Below, piece after piece: positions 9,805 to 20,313 of a stretch of 64,000 bases of DNA. The notes beneath the pieces are model-generated. The model was not told the origin of the DNA and did no database searches. It saw nothing but the letters and a program-made list of their open reading frames with translations. The position numbers and the translations under genes were made by a program. Origin of the DNA: Giardia intestinalis (lineage: Eukaryota). Where the stretch lies: the NCBI GenBank assembly GCA_000002435.2, contig CM018793.1; one strand, 5' to 3'. Within the stretch, counting starts at the first letter, position 1. Each line of letters begins with the position of its first letter.

Positions 9805-12303
9805 ATGAGGGTTCTCATCCTTCTTCTTCTGCACGGTATTTTCTCAGAGTGCACCCAGGACAGCGACTGCGGGGGTGCGACCGGCGTCTGCAACGTCACG
9901 ATCGGCGGCAAGAAGTACTGCTCCAAGTGCGACGGAGCGCGGGTCCCCGTCAACGGAGACTGCAGGCTGCTGAGCCTCTCGCGGGGTATATGCATAGTGC
10001 CCACGGGCAGCAACCCCACTCCGGGCTCCTGCTCGGGCTGCATCCGGGACTTCCTCTTCTACAGGGGCGGGTGCTACCGCACGGCATCCCTGATCAACGC
10101 CATATGCAAGGAGAAGCACGTCGTCGAGGAGGGGATGTACTGCGGGGCGTGCGCCATCGAGGGCGACGTCCCGATCGACGGGGTGTGCGTGCCGGCTGGG
10201 AGTGCTGCAGGAAACACGTGCGACAAGGGCGTGTGCACAACATGCACAGGCGGCTACTTCCTCCACTACGGGTCGTGCTACAAGTTTGATAGTTCTCCCG
10301 GCAGCATTGTGTGTCCTAATCAAGCTGACACCACTGGCTCTGTCTGCGGCTCTTGCGGATCGAAGTTCGTCAAGAACCCCAGTGCGAGCTCGTCTGCCAC
10401 CTCCTGCCTCGCGTGCTACGGGCTGGACGGGACCCTCTTCTGCGAGCGCTGCCGGATGAACGTGCTCACGGGCGCAGATGTGAAGCCTACCCTCTGCACG
10501 CAGTGCAAAATAGGCTACGTGCCCGTCGACGGCCGGTGCCTCTCCAACTACTCCGCCCTGGCCGCGCTCGCCGGGTGCTCCGACCCCCGGGGCAACGGGC
10601 TCTGCGACGCGTGCTCCTCCGGCTTCATGCTCTTCTACGGGAGCTGCTACTCCGTCGACGGCCCCCTCGCCCAGGCCATCTGCGCGGCCGAGGACCAGAT
10701 CTACGTCAACGGCCGGGTGCTCTGCAAGAGGTGCGCCCAGCCCGACCACTACCCCCTGAACGGCGTCTGCATCGGCCAGAGCTCGGACGGGACCGACGGA
10801 CACACGTGCAGCGGCGGGTCGTGCACGGTCTGCAGCACCAAACAGACCGCAGACAATACCCCCGAGTTCTTCCTGTTCTACAGCGGCTGCTACGACATCA
10901 CCCACCCCATCGGGAAGTCGATCTGCTCCGCTGTAGCTGATGGCGCCTGCACAGCATGCGCGTCCTCGGACTCCTCGAGTGTGATAACCATCACTGCAGA
11001 TGGCCAGTCATCCAAGTGCCTCGCCTGCTGGGACGACACGGTGGGGGGAGTAGCCAACTGCGGGGGCTGCTCGCTCGCCAGTGATGGCCCCGCCAAGGTT
11101 GTGTGCACCAGGTGCTCGGACTCGACGGAGCCCGGCGAGGATGGCGCGTGCCCCCGAGCCCTCCCGCCCGCAACGCCCGAAGGGTGCGCCGTCCAGGGCT
11201 GCCAGGCGTGCTCGAAGGACTCTGCCACGACGTGCGACGCCTGCTTCGAGCCTCTCATCATGAAGGAGGACAAGACGAAGTGCTTCGGGAGCTGCCTGGC
11301 GCTGGGCCCGGGCTACTACAACGCCAGCGGGGCCTGTGCGCGCTGCGTGGAGAACTGTCTCTCCTGCGTAGACGGGACCTCGTGCTCCCGGTGCGCAGAC
11401 GGGTACTACCTCGAGGTGTCCGGCAGCGACTCCTCAACGGGGGCGTGCAGGCCGTGTGCCGCCGGGTGCTCAACGTGTAATGACGGCAGTAGCGCAGGTT
11501 GCACGACGTGTCTCCTCGGATACTACATCGCGGCCGAGGGAAAAAGGCAACCTGGGCAGTGTGTGAAGTGTGACTCTAGTATAGGCGGTTACATGGGCGT
11601 CCAACACTGCATTGTCTGCCGCAGCACCGTGGGGGACGGGGGAGCCAAGAACGTCGTCTGCCAGAAGTGCGAGGACGGGTATCTCAAGGAGACGGACCAG
11701 GGCAAGACCGTCTGCGAGGCGCCCCCGCCCACATGCACCGTGGAGCTGTGCGCTCTGTGCGTGGCCGACGACCCCAATAGATGCGAGCACTGCACGGCCG
11801 GCGCGTACCTCTGCCCGCGGACGGCGACGTGCACGAAGGACTGCGCCAGCTGCGGCGGCTCGATGTACCCCGACGAGGACCTCGGGGAGTGCCAGCCGTG
11901 CGACATCGCGAACTGCCGGGTCTGCGCGACGGGGCTCAAGTGCGAGAGCTGCGCGGAGAGCGCCGTCCCCATCTCCCCGGACGTCTACCACACGGCGTGC
12001 ATGGGCTGCAGCGACACCGGGGGCATGGACGGCTGGGTGGGCCTCGCGGGGTGCACGACCTGCGAGCTGACCGACAAGGGCGGCGGGAGCGTCAACTGCC
12101 TCGACCCTGGCTACTACCGGCGGGGCGGGCTCGGCGGGGGAGCAATCGCCGCCATCGTCATCGTCGTCCTCCTCGTCCTGGCCGTCGCCGGCTTCCTCGT
12201 CTGGTGGTTCGTCTTCAGGAGGGGCGGCCGGCCCAAGCGCGGGGCGAAGTACACGTCGCTCACGCGGGGCGAGTCCTACGACTACCGCCAGTCCCTGATA
12301 TGA
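9805..12303 (+). CDS. High-cysteine membrane protein (HCMP, VSP-like). It has a signal peptide, about 90 Cys in CXXC/CXC motifs, one C-terminal TM and a 38-aa basic cytoplasmic tail with no CRGKA
   Basis: ATG at 9805 followed by MRVLILLLLHGIFS. Motifs such as FLFYRGGCY and FMLFYGSCY are present. The TM is GGAIAAIVIVVLLVLAVAGFLVWWFVF. About 68% GC. Confidence 0.9.
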   Translation: MRVLILLLLHGIFSECTQDSDCGGATGVCNVTIGGKKYCSKCDGARVPVNGDCRLLSLSRGICIVPTGSNPTPGSCSGCIRDFLFYRGGCYRTASLINAICKEKHVVEEGMYCGACAIEGDVPIDGVCVPAGSAAGNTCDKGVCTTCTGGYFLHYGSCYKFDSSPGSIVCPNQADTTGSVCGSCGSKFVKNPSASSSATSCLACYGLDGTLFCERCRMNVLTGADVKPTLCTQCKIGYVPVDGRCLSNYSALAALAGCSDPRGNGLCDACSSGFMLFYGSCYSVDGPLAQAICAAEDQIYVNGRVLCKRCAQPDHYPLNGVCIGQSSDGTDGHTCSGGSCTVCSTKQTADNTPEFFLFYSGCYDITHPIGKSICSAVADGACTACASSDSSSVITITADGQSSKCLACWDDTVGGVANCGGCSLASDGPAKVVCTRCSDSTEPGEDGACPRALPPATPEGCAVQGCQACSKDSATTCDACFEPLIMKEDKTKCFGSCLALGPGYYNASGACARCVENCLSCVDGTSCSRCADGYYLEVSGSDSSTGACRPCAAGCSTCNDGSSAGCTTCLLGYYIAAEGKRQPGQCVKCDSSIGGYMGVQHCIVCRSTVGDGGAKNVVCQKCEDGYLKETDQGKTVCEAPPPTCTVELCALCVADDPNRCEHCTAGAYLCPRTATCTKDCASCGGSMYPDEDLGECQPCDIANCRVCATGLKCESCAESAVPISPDVYHTACMGCSDTGGMDGWVGLAGCTTCELTDKGGGSVNCLDPGYYRRGGLGGGAIAAIVIVVLLVLAVAGFLVWWFVFRRGGRPKRGAKYTSLTRGESYDYRQSLI

Positions 12304-12306
12304 CCC

Positions 12307-12313
12307 AGTAAAC
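12307..12313 (+). terminator. Poly(A) signal AGTAAAC 4 nt after the HCMP stop
   Basis: AGTRAAY match. Confidence 0.55.
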
Positions 12314-12334
12314 GGAGCCGTCAGAGCGGACGGC

Positions 12335-14352
12335 TTGCTCTGCAGCGACTTACAGGGGGCAGGCCAGGCAGCCGTGTCCAGGATGGGCGCGCCCGGCTGT
12401 CCCGGCAGAAGGAGGCGCCGGAAGTGCTCGGAGACGGTGTCCTCCGTGTGCTGCATGCAATCAGGAGGCAAGCACACTCTATTCTACGGCAGCTGCTACA
12501 CGAGCACACCAGCACGGGACGGAAGCTTAGGTAGCCCTCTGTGCTCCGACACAGTCGGGTCCGGTGGATACAGGGGCGCCTCTGGTGTCCAAGCCGCGTG
12601 TCCCCCGTACGTGGCAAAACGGCATCGCCCTGTGTGCTAGGTGCTGCCACACAACAGAGAACAGAAGCGTTTATCCAACCGACCATCATGCCAGCTAAGG
12701 GACCCCGTACTTGTGTCAACGGATACTCACATCCTGCCACAAGACACGCCGCCCTACAGGTGTGGATACTAGGGCCGGCACAGCTCGACCGGGCTTGCTA
12801 TAGGTGCAGAGCAGGCCAGTACGAACTGGAGCATGCGACCATCTGCACAGAGTGTGCGAACAACTCCTGCGCCTGGGAGCGGTGCATGCGCCCTTGCTAG
12901 GGAGAGCTCGTCCCTCGAAGAGATCGCTTTGAGCGCACAAAGGACCAACCAAGGGGCGTGCACAGCCTGCTCCAACTCTGTAAAGCCCTTCCTGCTCTAC
13001 GGCGGCTGCTCCGAGGACAGGCTCTACATCTGCTCAAGACCCTGCTCAGAAAGCGGGTCGAATGCTTGCGAACAGTGGAGCAGTGCTTCCGGGTGGATCT
13101 TCTCTAAGAATGCGGGAGCAATGGAGACCGATATCTGTGCGATGACGCTCCAAATGGGGGCATTTCTGGCTGTGCCACGTGTAGGTACAATAACGGTGTG
13201 ACGTGTACGCGGTGCTCGGCGAGGCACCTCGGGGTGGATGGGAAGTCCTGCAGTGAGAGCTGCAGTGGAGACACTCAAGGAGTGTGCACAAAGGTAGCAG
13301 AGGGGAGCGAGTCAACTGAAGTGTCGTGCCGGTGCGTCTGCAGGATGGGCCTCTACAACAGCTCCGGAACCTGCACACCATGTACGGACTCGTGCGCTGT
13401 CTGCAAGGATGGCAAGTCAACCGGCTGCCAGCAGTGCAGCCCCGGCAAAGTCCTGGAGCCGTCAGTCGTCGCAAACGGTAATGCAAAATGTGTAGATGAG
13501 TGCGCTGTTGGTGACGACTGTGCAGAGTGCGGCATCACCATCGACGGCAGCAGGTACTGCACGCGCTGCAAGGACTCGAATATGTACCCTCTCAACGGGG
13601 TGTGTATTCCGAACACACAAAAAGACGCGTACTGCACCAACAAGGCAAATGGTGCTTGTACTACATGCTCAGGAGCGGCCTTCCTGATGAACGGGGGCTG
13701 CTACACAACGGAGCACTATCCAGGAAGCACTATCTGTGACAAACAGGCAGGCGGGAAGTGTGAGAAGACCAAGAAGGAGTACGGGATATCGGACGATGGA
13801 AAGCTGCTGGAGTGCGACCCGACATGTCTGGGGTGCACCGCCCCTGGCCCCGGCCGCTGCACCAGGTGCCCCTCTGACAAGCTCCTGAAGAGGGCCTCAG
13901 GTGCCGCCACCGGGAGCTGCATTGACCCCAACGCCTGTGTAGACGGGTACTATGCAGACGGAGACGCGTGCCTGCCCTGCGCCACTCCGGGGTGCAAGAC
14001 CTGCGGGCATGCCTCCTTCTGCACAGAGTGCGCGGGGGAGCTCTTCGTGAGCCTGGACGGGCAGTCGTGCCTGGGGGAGTGCACCGGGGACAAGGTGGTG
14101 GGAGAGGTGCCCGGTGGCGTGCGGAGGTGCTGGTGCGAGCGGGGTTTCCTGCCGGCGCTGGACAGATCCGAGTGTGTGCTCCCAACCGAGTGTCCCCCTG
14201 ACATGCCATCGTGTGCTGCCTGCGATACGTCGGGTAGGTGCCTCTTGTGTGCCGCCTCGAATCATAACATCCAGACAGATCAGCGGACATGTGCAGAAGG
14301 GTGCGGTGCCAGGGCCTCATCGAACCAGGGGGTGTGTCACAAAAACTCTTAG
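12335..14352 (+). pseudogene. Frameshifted high-cysteine (VSP/HCMP-like) pseudogene. The coding signal alternates between frames 2, 1, 2 and 1, and there is no TM or CRGKA at the end
   Basis: VSP-type motifs occur in successive ORFs: TLFYGSCY (12335..12640), CYRCRAG...CTECANNSC (12541..12900), CTACSNSVKPFLLYGGC (12833..13201) and DDAPNGGISGCATCRYNNGVTCTRC running into 13198..14352. The last ORF 'starts' at a GTG. Confidence 0.7.
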
Positions 14353-14554
14353 CAGGTTCCTCGAGTGGCATGAATAGGAAGACAGGCTATTGTGAGGCCA
14401 CTCGGATCACATCACCAGATGTTTAGTTGCTCGATAACATTGATATTTTCTGCAGACATGCAAGCGAATCGTTAGTGGCTGCTAATAAATGTAGGACTTA
14501 GTGGTGGTAAAAGATCGTCAGTTGAATAGAATACGTCAATAGCATTGGTACATG

Positions 14555-17281
14555 TTACGGACGAACACGGCGCTTCAGTTGAGCAGGAGCTCGCTTTGGC
14601 TTGGAAATCGCGACTGGACAATCATCTTCTGTAAGGACCTCGTTGCTACTAGTCACACAACTATTTTCAGAAGACTCTAATGTAAGGTTGCCTCGAGTAG
14701 AGTAAGACGGCACTTGATAGCAACTCTTAAAAAGCTCAGCATGTGCAATAAAATTGGTCAGTATCTTATTACGTTCCAAATAAGTAGGAGGATCTTTTTC
14801 GCAAATAATTTCAAAGAGGTCAACCGGTTGGATAATGGATAAAATGTGCAACATAATCAAGCGCTCGTATCGATAAAATGCAGGGTCGAATACCAATCGC
14901 GGGTCATCATAGTCTTCTGGCAAGTCTGGCAGTAGTTCTTCTTTAAAGTTGCAAGACATCATGTAACATAGTTCTTCGATGTACTCATAAAACCTTCCAA
15001 ATAAGAAGCCTCCTGCGCGAGAATATATGGTCAGCTGCTCAGAAATAGCATCCAGAGAGGGTGGAGCGGCACTGCATACACTTGTAAGGTGTGCGCTTTC
15101 AAGAGGATTAATAGAGGCGAGACTTACATCCAGCTGCACAAAATCAGACGTCCAATTCTTGACCCTATAATAGTGTCCATCGTGCTTCACCATTTGCTGG
15201 ATGAACTCCTTGGACAGACAAGCCTTAAATACGCTATCAAATATAGGATGGGTCATCATCCGCAACGGGTTGTTAGTTGCCGATATGGTGTTGGTAGGAA
15301 CGGGCACCAATTCAAGCTTACTCAGTACGTGAGACACTTGCTGTGACGCTTCGGGAAAGTCATAGGGGGATAGGGTGATAGGACTTGTTATGCTCACGGT
15401 AAGCATATCTGAAAATTCAGAGCTTCTATATGCAATCAGTTGAGTAAGTGAAGTTGTGAGATAGTCGTACTTGGGACGGTTATCCAAAAACGTAGACGGG
15501 TGCCGAAGAAATAGAGAAACATCAAATAAACTCACAGAGCGGAGTGCAAAAATAAAAAACTGATCATCAGCAATCTGCTTGGGGGTCACAATATTGTCAC
15601 ACAAAAAATCCGCGCGTATAAAGCGGGACATGTCTGAACAGTTATCAAAGTCTACAGGCAGTCGAGCTGCTCTGTTCTTAGTTTCGATGCTCAATAGAAT
15701 GTCTTCAGTGGTTGTATCATTGAAGTAGTCATGAAAGTTATTAAGGAGTTGGGCTTCAATAGGAATAAATTGAATGGATGCATACCTAGCCAATAACATA
15801 GTGTATGCGTGGTTTTTGGGATAAAGCAATCTTGTGAAATCAATAGTCTGTAAATGAGCAGTATCATGAGTATTATTCGTAATAAAAAATCTTTTAAGAA
15901 GAAGATATTTTCCGAGCAGATTTGCATAGTTGATATGCAAAGATATGAAAGCGTTATTATCATGCGCCTCTTCGCTGTCCTCAAGCACCTGGGGGAAAGT
16001 GTCAGTGTCGAAACTATACTTTGTAGAATGGCACCTATTTTTAACAATTCTAGTGTACAGATTTTCAAAATCACATCTTACATATGTGGGCGTCTTTGAA
16101 AAGAGATCGGCAAATTCTGATTCGAGAGCCTTGATCTTCGTTGTTAAGGTTGCTATTTGCAAATGATAGTTGTCTCTAAGGGTTTTAAAATAGATCTTTT
16201 TATAAAGATTTCCTGCAACTTTATAAATGCGAGACATCTTAAATCCGCGGAAGTCTTGCTTAAAGTAATGCTTAGCAAGATACTCTACATCATTGAGTTG
16301 GGATTTTCTAAAGTCGATTAACTTCTGAGTTGCTTCGTCTACAAATTCATACTTCTTATTCTCAGTGTTCACCAAACGTTTAATTGCTGGCCTCCGGACG
16401 CCAACTCCGCTAGTATTAGACTTCTTAGTTAGCCGCTGAGTCACCTTACGGGGTTTTCTTTGGGGCGGCGGAGTCTGCACGTCTGTCAACTGACTCTTTT
16501 GGCTGCTCTTCTGCTGGCTTTGATCAGTGTCGAGGCTCGGAAGACTACTCCTGCCAGTTTCTGTATCCGAGGATATCTGTGAGGGTCGAAATTCATCAGA
16601 AGAAGACACGCTCGGCTCTGAAATGGCACTGCTAGTGTCAGAGGTGATAGCATGGTTGAGGTTTCGGGAAGGTGCATGCTTCTCATTCAGTGATTCTCTG
16701 CTAGGTGCCATTGCAGGTCGTATTTTTTGCTCTTTACCCTTGTCTGATTTAAGCACTGATTCCAGCTGATCCTTCTTGGTGAACGGGGGGCGTTCCTGCA
16801 GTGAAGCATCACCTGGCTCTAACTTAACTCTTCTACGTGCGCCCTCCGGCTTCTTCCTCACTAGAGCAGGAGGATGGAGCGTTTCAGAGCTGTTTATAAG
16901 CTCTATCAGTGTGTTGAATAAGGTTCTGCATTGAGACTCATCGTACTGACGAGCCCGAGAGAGCTTCCGACGACAAGCAGGGCAGTGGTACTTGAACAAA
17001 GCCAACTTTCCCACGTGGCTTACAGTGACATTCTCCATGGATCGGCGAGTCTCAGGATCCTTACTGATTCTAAATTCGAGCGCCCTAGTGGACGCGAGAC
17101 TTGCAAGGCGTGGATGTCCCTTAAGGTCAGTACAGCCTAGGTGACAATACCTGTGACACATCACGCACATAACATTTTCTGGAGCATCCTCCAAAGCTTT
17201 TTTGCACAGAAAGCAGACGCCTTCATCATACACCTCGGACTCCTCAGTGGTAGATCCGCTTTCTAGGTTCCCTCTCGGCAT
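14555..17281 (-). CDS. PHD-type zinc-finger protein, a hypothetical 908-aa protein
   Basis: ATG (rc) at 17279-17281. The N-terminal region shows a C4HC3 pattern: CFLC-x12-CVMC-HRYC-H-LG-C...CPAC. Confidence 0.8.
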   Translation of the reverse strand: MPRGNLESGSTTEESEVYDEGVCFLCKKALEDAPENVMCVMCHRYCHLGCTDLKGHPRLASLASTRALEFRISKDPETRRSMENVTVSHVGKLALFKYHCPACRRKLSRARQYDESQCRTLFNTLIELINSSETLHPPALVRKKPEGARRRVKLEPGDASLQERPPFTKKDQLESVLKSDKGKEQKIRPAMAPSRESLNEKHAPSRNLNHAITSDTSSAISEPSVSSSDEFRPSQISSDTETGRSSLPSLDTDQSQQKSSQKSQLTDVQTPPPQRKPRKVTQRLTKKSNTSGVGVRRPAIKRLVNTENKKYEFVDEATQKLIDFRKSQLNDVEYLAKHYFKQDFRGFKMSRIYKVAGNLYKKIYFKTLRDNYHLQIATLTTKIKALESEFADLFSKTPTYVRCDFENLYTRIVKNRCHSTKYSFDTDTFPQVLEDSEEAHDNNAFISLHINYANLLGKYLLLKRFFITNNTHDTAHLQTIDFTRLLYPKNHAYTMLLARYASIQFIPIEAQLLNNFHDYFNDTTTEDILLSIETKNRAARLPVDFDNCSDMSRFIRADFLCDNIVTPKQIADDQFFIFALRSVSLFDVSLFLRHPSTFLDNRPKYDYLTTSLTQLIAYRSSEFSDMLTVSITSPITLSPYDFPEASQQVSHVLSKLELVPVPTNTISATNNPLRMMTHPIFDSVFKACLSKEFIQQMVKHDGHYYRVKNWTSDFVQLDVSLASINPLESAHLTSVCSAAPPSLDAISEQLTIYSRAGGFLFGRFYEYIEELCYMMSCNFKEELLPDLPEDYDDPRLVFDPAFYRYERLIMLHILSIIQPVDLFEIICEKDPPTYLERNKILTNFIAHAELFKSCYQVPSYSTRGNLTLESSENSCVTSSNEVLTEDDCPVAISKPKRAPAQLKRRVRP

Positions 17282-17450
17282 TTCGGAGACTTATTATCAC
17301 GTCCCAAATGTTGATTGTAAAGAACCGTAAAGTCTACTCCTGTAGAGGATATCAGGAGTAGCTCGTCTACAAACATCCGCAGCACATGGGCATCTGTGAG
17401 GGCTGACTAGAGCTAGATAGAAATTCCCAAGGATTTTTTTGATTTGCTCG

Positions 17451-18143
17451 ATGGAGGCAGACTTGCAGCGTACGCGACTGGTTATCTTCGATTTAGATGG
17501 GACCCTGAGTGACACGTTGGAGAGCATTGGGAAGGCTGTCAATGATACTATGGTGCACTGTGGCATGGATCCGCACCCTCTTGATTCTATCCGAACGTTT
17601 ATTGGCAGCGGCATGATGGTTCTCTTTAAGCGTGCAGCCCCCGGTGTATCTGAGCAGATGCTACAAGATATGTGCACGTTTTATCAAGAAAGAGTCACAC
17701 TTTACGCCAAAGAAGACAGGCTCTACGATGGTATCGAAGAACTTTTAGAAGGTCTTCATAAGAGAGGCACCAAGCTGGCAATTGTCTCGAATAAGCCGCA
17801 GGTAAGTATGGAATCGTGTTTACGGTCCCTTTTCAGAAACCGGCCTGAAATGCGTGAATGGTTTTGCGCTGTGTACGGGCTGTCAGATCTTTCTTTAGCA
17901 AAGCCGAATCCTACGTTCACCCGGCGTGTTCTTGAAGATGAGGGTGTTCATCCGGAAGATGCTATCTACGTTGGAGACAGTATTGTCGACGTTCAAACCG
18001 CTCAGGCTGCGGGACTGCGGTGCATCGGCTGCGCCTGGGGCCTGGGAGAACGAGCAGACGTGGAGAAGGCAGATATGGTGGCTGAGACTACGTTCGATTT
18101 ACTCCACATGCTGTTAGGAGATGCAAGGGCCTCGGGTCTGTAA
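17451..18143 (+). CDS. HAD-superfamily hydrolase, phosphoglycolate phosphatase-like
   Basis: Motif I is FDLDGTL, motif II is SNKP and motif III is VGDSIVDVQTA. The true ATG is at 17451 because the track start 17439 is TTG. Confidence 0.8.
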   Translation: MEADLQRTRLVIFDLDGTLSDTLESIGKAVNDTMVHCGMDPHPLDSIRTFIGSGMMVLFKRAAPGVSEQMLQDMCTFYQERVTLYAKEDRLYDGIEELLEGLHKRGTKLAIVSNKPQVSMESCLRSLFRNRPEMREWFCAVYGLSDLSLAKPNPTFTRRVLEDEGVHPEDAIYVGDSIVDVQTAQAAGLRCIGCAWGLGERADVEKADMVAETTFDLLHMLLGDARASGL

Positions 18144-18155
18144 ACCTGGACAACA

Positions 18156-19148
18156 TCAAACATTCTTAGAGTCGGCCATGGACAAAATCAGGTTTGTTCG
18201 CTCGCCGGTCTCAAGGAGCATTTCAGCATCGGTGAGTCTAGCCTTATAATCCTCTAGCTCGCAAGTCAGATGATCCAGCTCTGACTTGCCCCTGGTAAGA
18301 GCCTCCTCTAGCTGCGTGATCCTTGCACGCATTGCAGCACTCTCCGCAATCACAAGGTCAGCATGGCTGTTTGCGGCATTGAGCATGTCACTATACTTCT
18401 CTAACTTCCTCTCAAGCTCACACTCGTAGCTAGTCTTCATCACCTTGGTCGCCTCAGATCCGAAGTTCTCCATCCCCTTACGAGAAATGTCGATGGCCTT
18501 GATCATGGCACAGATGTCGTACGACTGAGCAACCCCCTGGCTTTGGGCAAGGCTAAGATTCGTGAGAGACTGAGAAACCGTCTCATCGTCGTCCTTCGCA
18601 AACTGGGCCAAGACAGCAGCAACCTCGGCGTGGCCATTCTCAGCAGCGTACTTCAGGGGAGAGCCCGGTCCCATATCCTCGTGACTCTCGCGGGACATCA
18701 GAAACTTGACGCAGTCTAAGTTTCCGCGCTCCGCTGCGTAGGACAGCGCGTTCCTGTTAATCTTGGAGTATTTGTCCTTGAGATACGGCGACAGCACCAT
18801 GACGGCCTCATACGACCCAGACATGGCTGCTATCATGAGGGCGGTGAAATCGTCGCTGCCCCCGGTGAGGTCACCCTCGAAGTGAACGAGGCGGCGGCAA
18901 AGCTTGGATTTGTTGAGCTCGGCAGCGATCATGAGGGCAGTGTAGCCCCTGGCGTCCCGCTTACCGTACTCATTCTGAACAAGAATACGCGCCATGTCGT
19001 CGTCATTCATAATGACAGCCCTCATAAGGCCCGTATGTCCCTCTTCGTTGACACTCCCAGCGTATTGCTCAAGGTTGGCACGCACGTGGTCGTACTCACG
19101 CTTCTCGATGGCCGAGAACCAGGAGTTCTTGCCCTTAAGTTCTAGCAT
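18156..19148 (-). CDS. Ankyrin-repeat protein (Giardia 'protein 21.1'-like) with a C-terminal coiled coil
   Basis: Repeated ankyrin-repeat motifs (GHTGLMRAV, GYTALMIAA, FTALMIAAMSG, NALSYAAERGN). ATG (rc) at 19146-19148. Confidence 0.8.
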   Translation of the reverse strand: MLELKGKNSWFSAIEKREYDHVRANLEQYAGSVNEEGHTGLMRAVIMNDDDMARILVQNEYGKRDARGYTALMIAAELNKSKLCRRLVHFEGDLTGGSDDFTALMIAAMSGSYEAVMVLSPYLKDKYSKINRNALSYAAERGNLDCVKFLMSRESHEDMGPGSPLKYAAENGHAEVAAVLAQFAKDDDETVSQSLTNLSLAQSQGVAQSYDICAMIKAIDISRKGMENFGSEATKVMKTSYECELERKLEKYSDMLNAANSHADLVIAESAAMRARITQLEEALTRGKSELDHLTCELEDYKARLTDAEMLLETGERTNLILSMADSKNV

Positions 19149-19362
19149 AGCTTTTTAAGTTAATGTGTTTTATTTTTTTAACTTTTTTTGAATTTCTTAT
19201 GTATTCTTGTATGACCGAAGGATTCGTGGACACGGCTGAGCGGGCCTAGGCGTCTCTCTACTATAGAACCTGTCCACCGCAATGATAGTCCTTAGCCAAA
19301 ATTGCCAAGACCCATACAGCTTCGAAAATTGCAATTAATTCTTGGCAATTGTCGCCCGACCG

Positions 19363-20313
19363 ATGCAAGGCTTTGAGTTGACCAAGCAGCACGGTCAGCA
19401 CTTACTGGCTAATCCGTTGGTCATAAAGTCCATTGTGGAGAAAGCAGAGATTCGAAGCACTGACACTGTTCTTGAGATAGGCCCAGGAACAGGAAACCTC
19501 ACTCTGGCCCTTCTTGAGAAGGCAAGGCACGTAATAGCCATTGAGATAGACCCACGGATGGTCTCAGAACTCAAGAAGCGGATCGCAGCTATCCCGGAAT
19601 ATCGTGGAAAATTCACTATCATACACAAGGACTTCACTAAGATGCCGCCGAGTGAGATTCCCCCTTTTGACTTGTGCGTTAGTAACTGCCCGTACAACAT
19701 CTCGTCAGGAATAGTGTTTCGATTACTCGAGATCCAACCCCTCCCTCGAAAGTTCGTCCTGATGTTTCAGCTCGAGTTTGCGCAGCGCCTTGCTGCTGAG
19801 CCTGGTCAGGATCAGTACAGCAGATTGACAGTTAACACTAAGTTACTCTCTAAGACTAAAATTATAATACGGGTGAGTAGGAATAGCTTTAAGCCACCGC
19901 CAAATGTTGACTCAGCTGTTGTAGAGATGTATCCTGTTGGCCCTCCGCCTGGGCTGGACCTAGATGAGTTTAATGGGTTAACCCGGATTTTGTTTTCAAA
20001 GAAGAACAAAACGCTCGGGGCCATATTTAAGACTAAGAGCCTCCTAGATGATCTTGCAAATAATATAGCGCGATTGGATGAGATCAGCCGGCTCCATAAG
20101 CCTGCTCAGCACGAGGGCTCTAACCCTAGCCATTCAGCTTCCTCAATTGGAGCTAAGCCCTCAGTATTGACCGGCGTACAGCTTCGTGAACGAATAGCAG
20201 AGGCCCTTGCAGAGGCCAATCTTACAGATACCCGGCCAAATCACATGGCAATCCCCGATCTGTTGAGCCTCATGTGTGCACTCGCTGCCAAGGGGGTTCG
20301 ATTTACAAACTGA
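19363..20313 (+). CDS. DIM1: 18S rRNA (adenine-N6,N6)-dimethyltransferase Dim1/KsgA
   Basis: QHLLANPLVIKSIVEKA, LEIGPGTGNLT, NCPYNISS, FKPPPNVDSAVV and FSKKNKTL are all present. The ATG is at 19363 because the track start 19342 is TTG. Confidence 0.9.
   Translation: MQGFELTKQHGQHLLANPLVIKSIVEKAEIRSTDTVLEIGPGTGNLTLALLEKARHVIAIEIDPRMVSELKKRIAAIPEYRGKFTIIHKDFTKMPPSEIPPFDLCVSNCPYNISSGIVFRLLEIQPLPRKFVLMFQLEFAQRLAAEPGQDQYSRLTVNTKLLSKTKIIIRVSRNSFKPPPNVDSAVVEMYPVGPPPGLDLDEFNGLTRILFSKKNKTLGAIFKTKSLLDDLANNIARLDEISRLHKPAQHEGSNPSHSASSIGAKPSVLTGVQLRERIAEALAEANLTDTRPNHMAIPDLLSLMCALAAKGVRFTN

Noticed and set aside
9844-12477. Large ORFs on the opposite strand and in alternate frames of the HCMP gene (353, 335, 195 and 176 aa, among others)
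   Set aside because: They fall in a region of about 68% GC where stop codons are rare. They are Arg/Ala/Pro/Gly-rich with no domain features, and the HCMP frame explains the locus.
15089-16166. Several 78-127-aa ORFs within 14555..17281, on both strands
   Set aside because: They are internal to the 908-aa PHD-finger gene and arise in the AT-richer coding sequence by chance.
17297-17677. 126-aa minus-strand ORF across the PHD-gene and HAD-gene promoter region
   Set aside because: It overlaps the start of the well-supported HAD gene and the divergent spacer, and it has no features.
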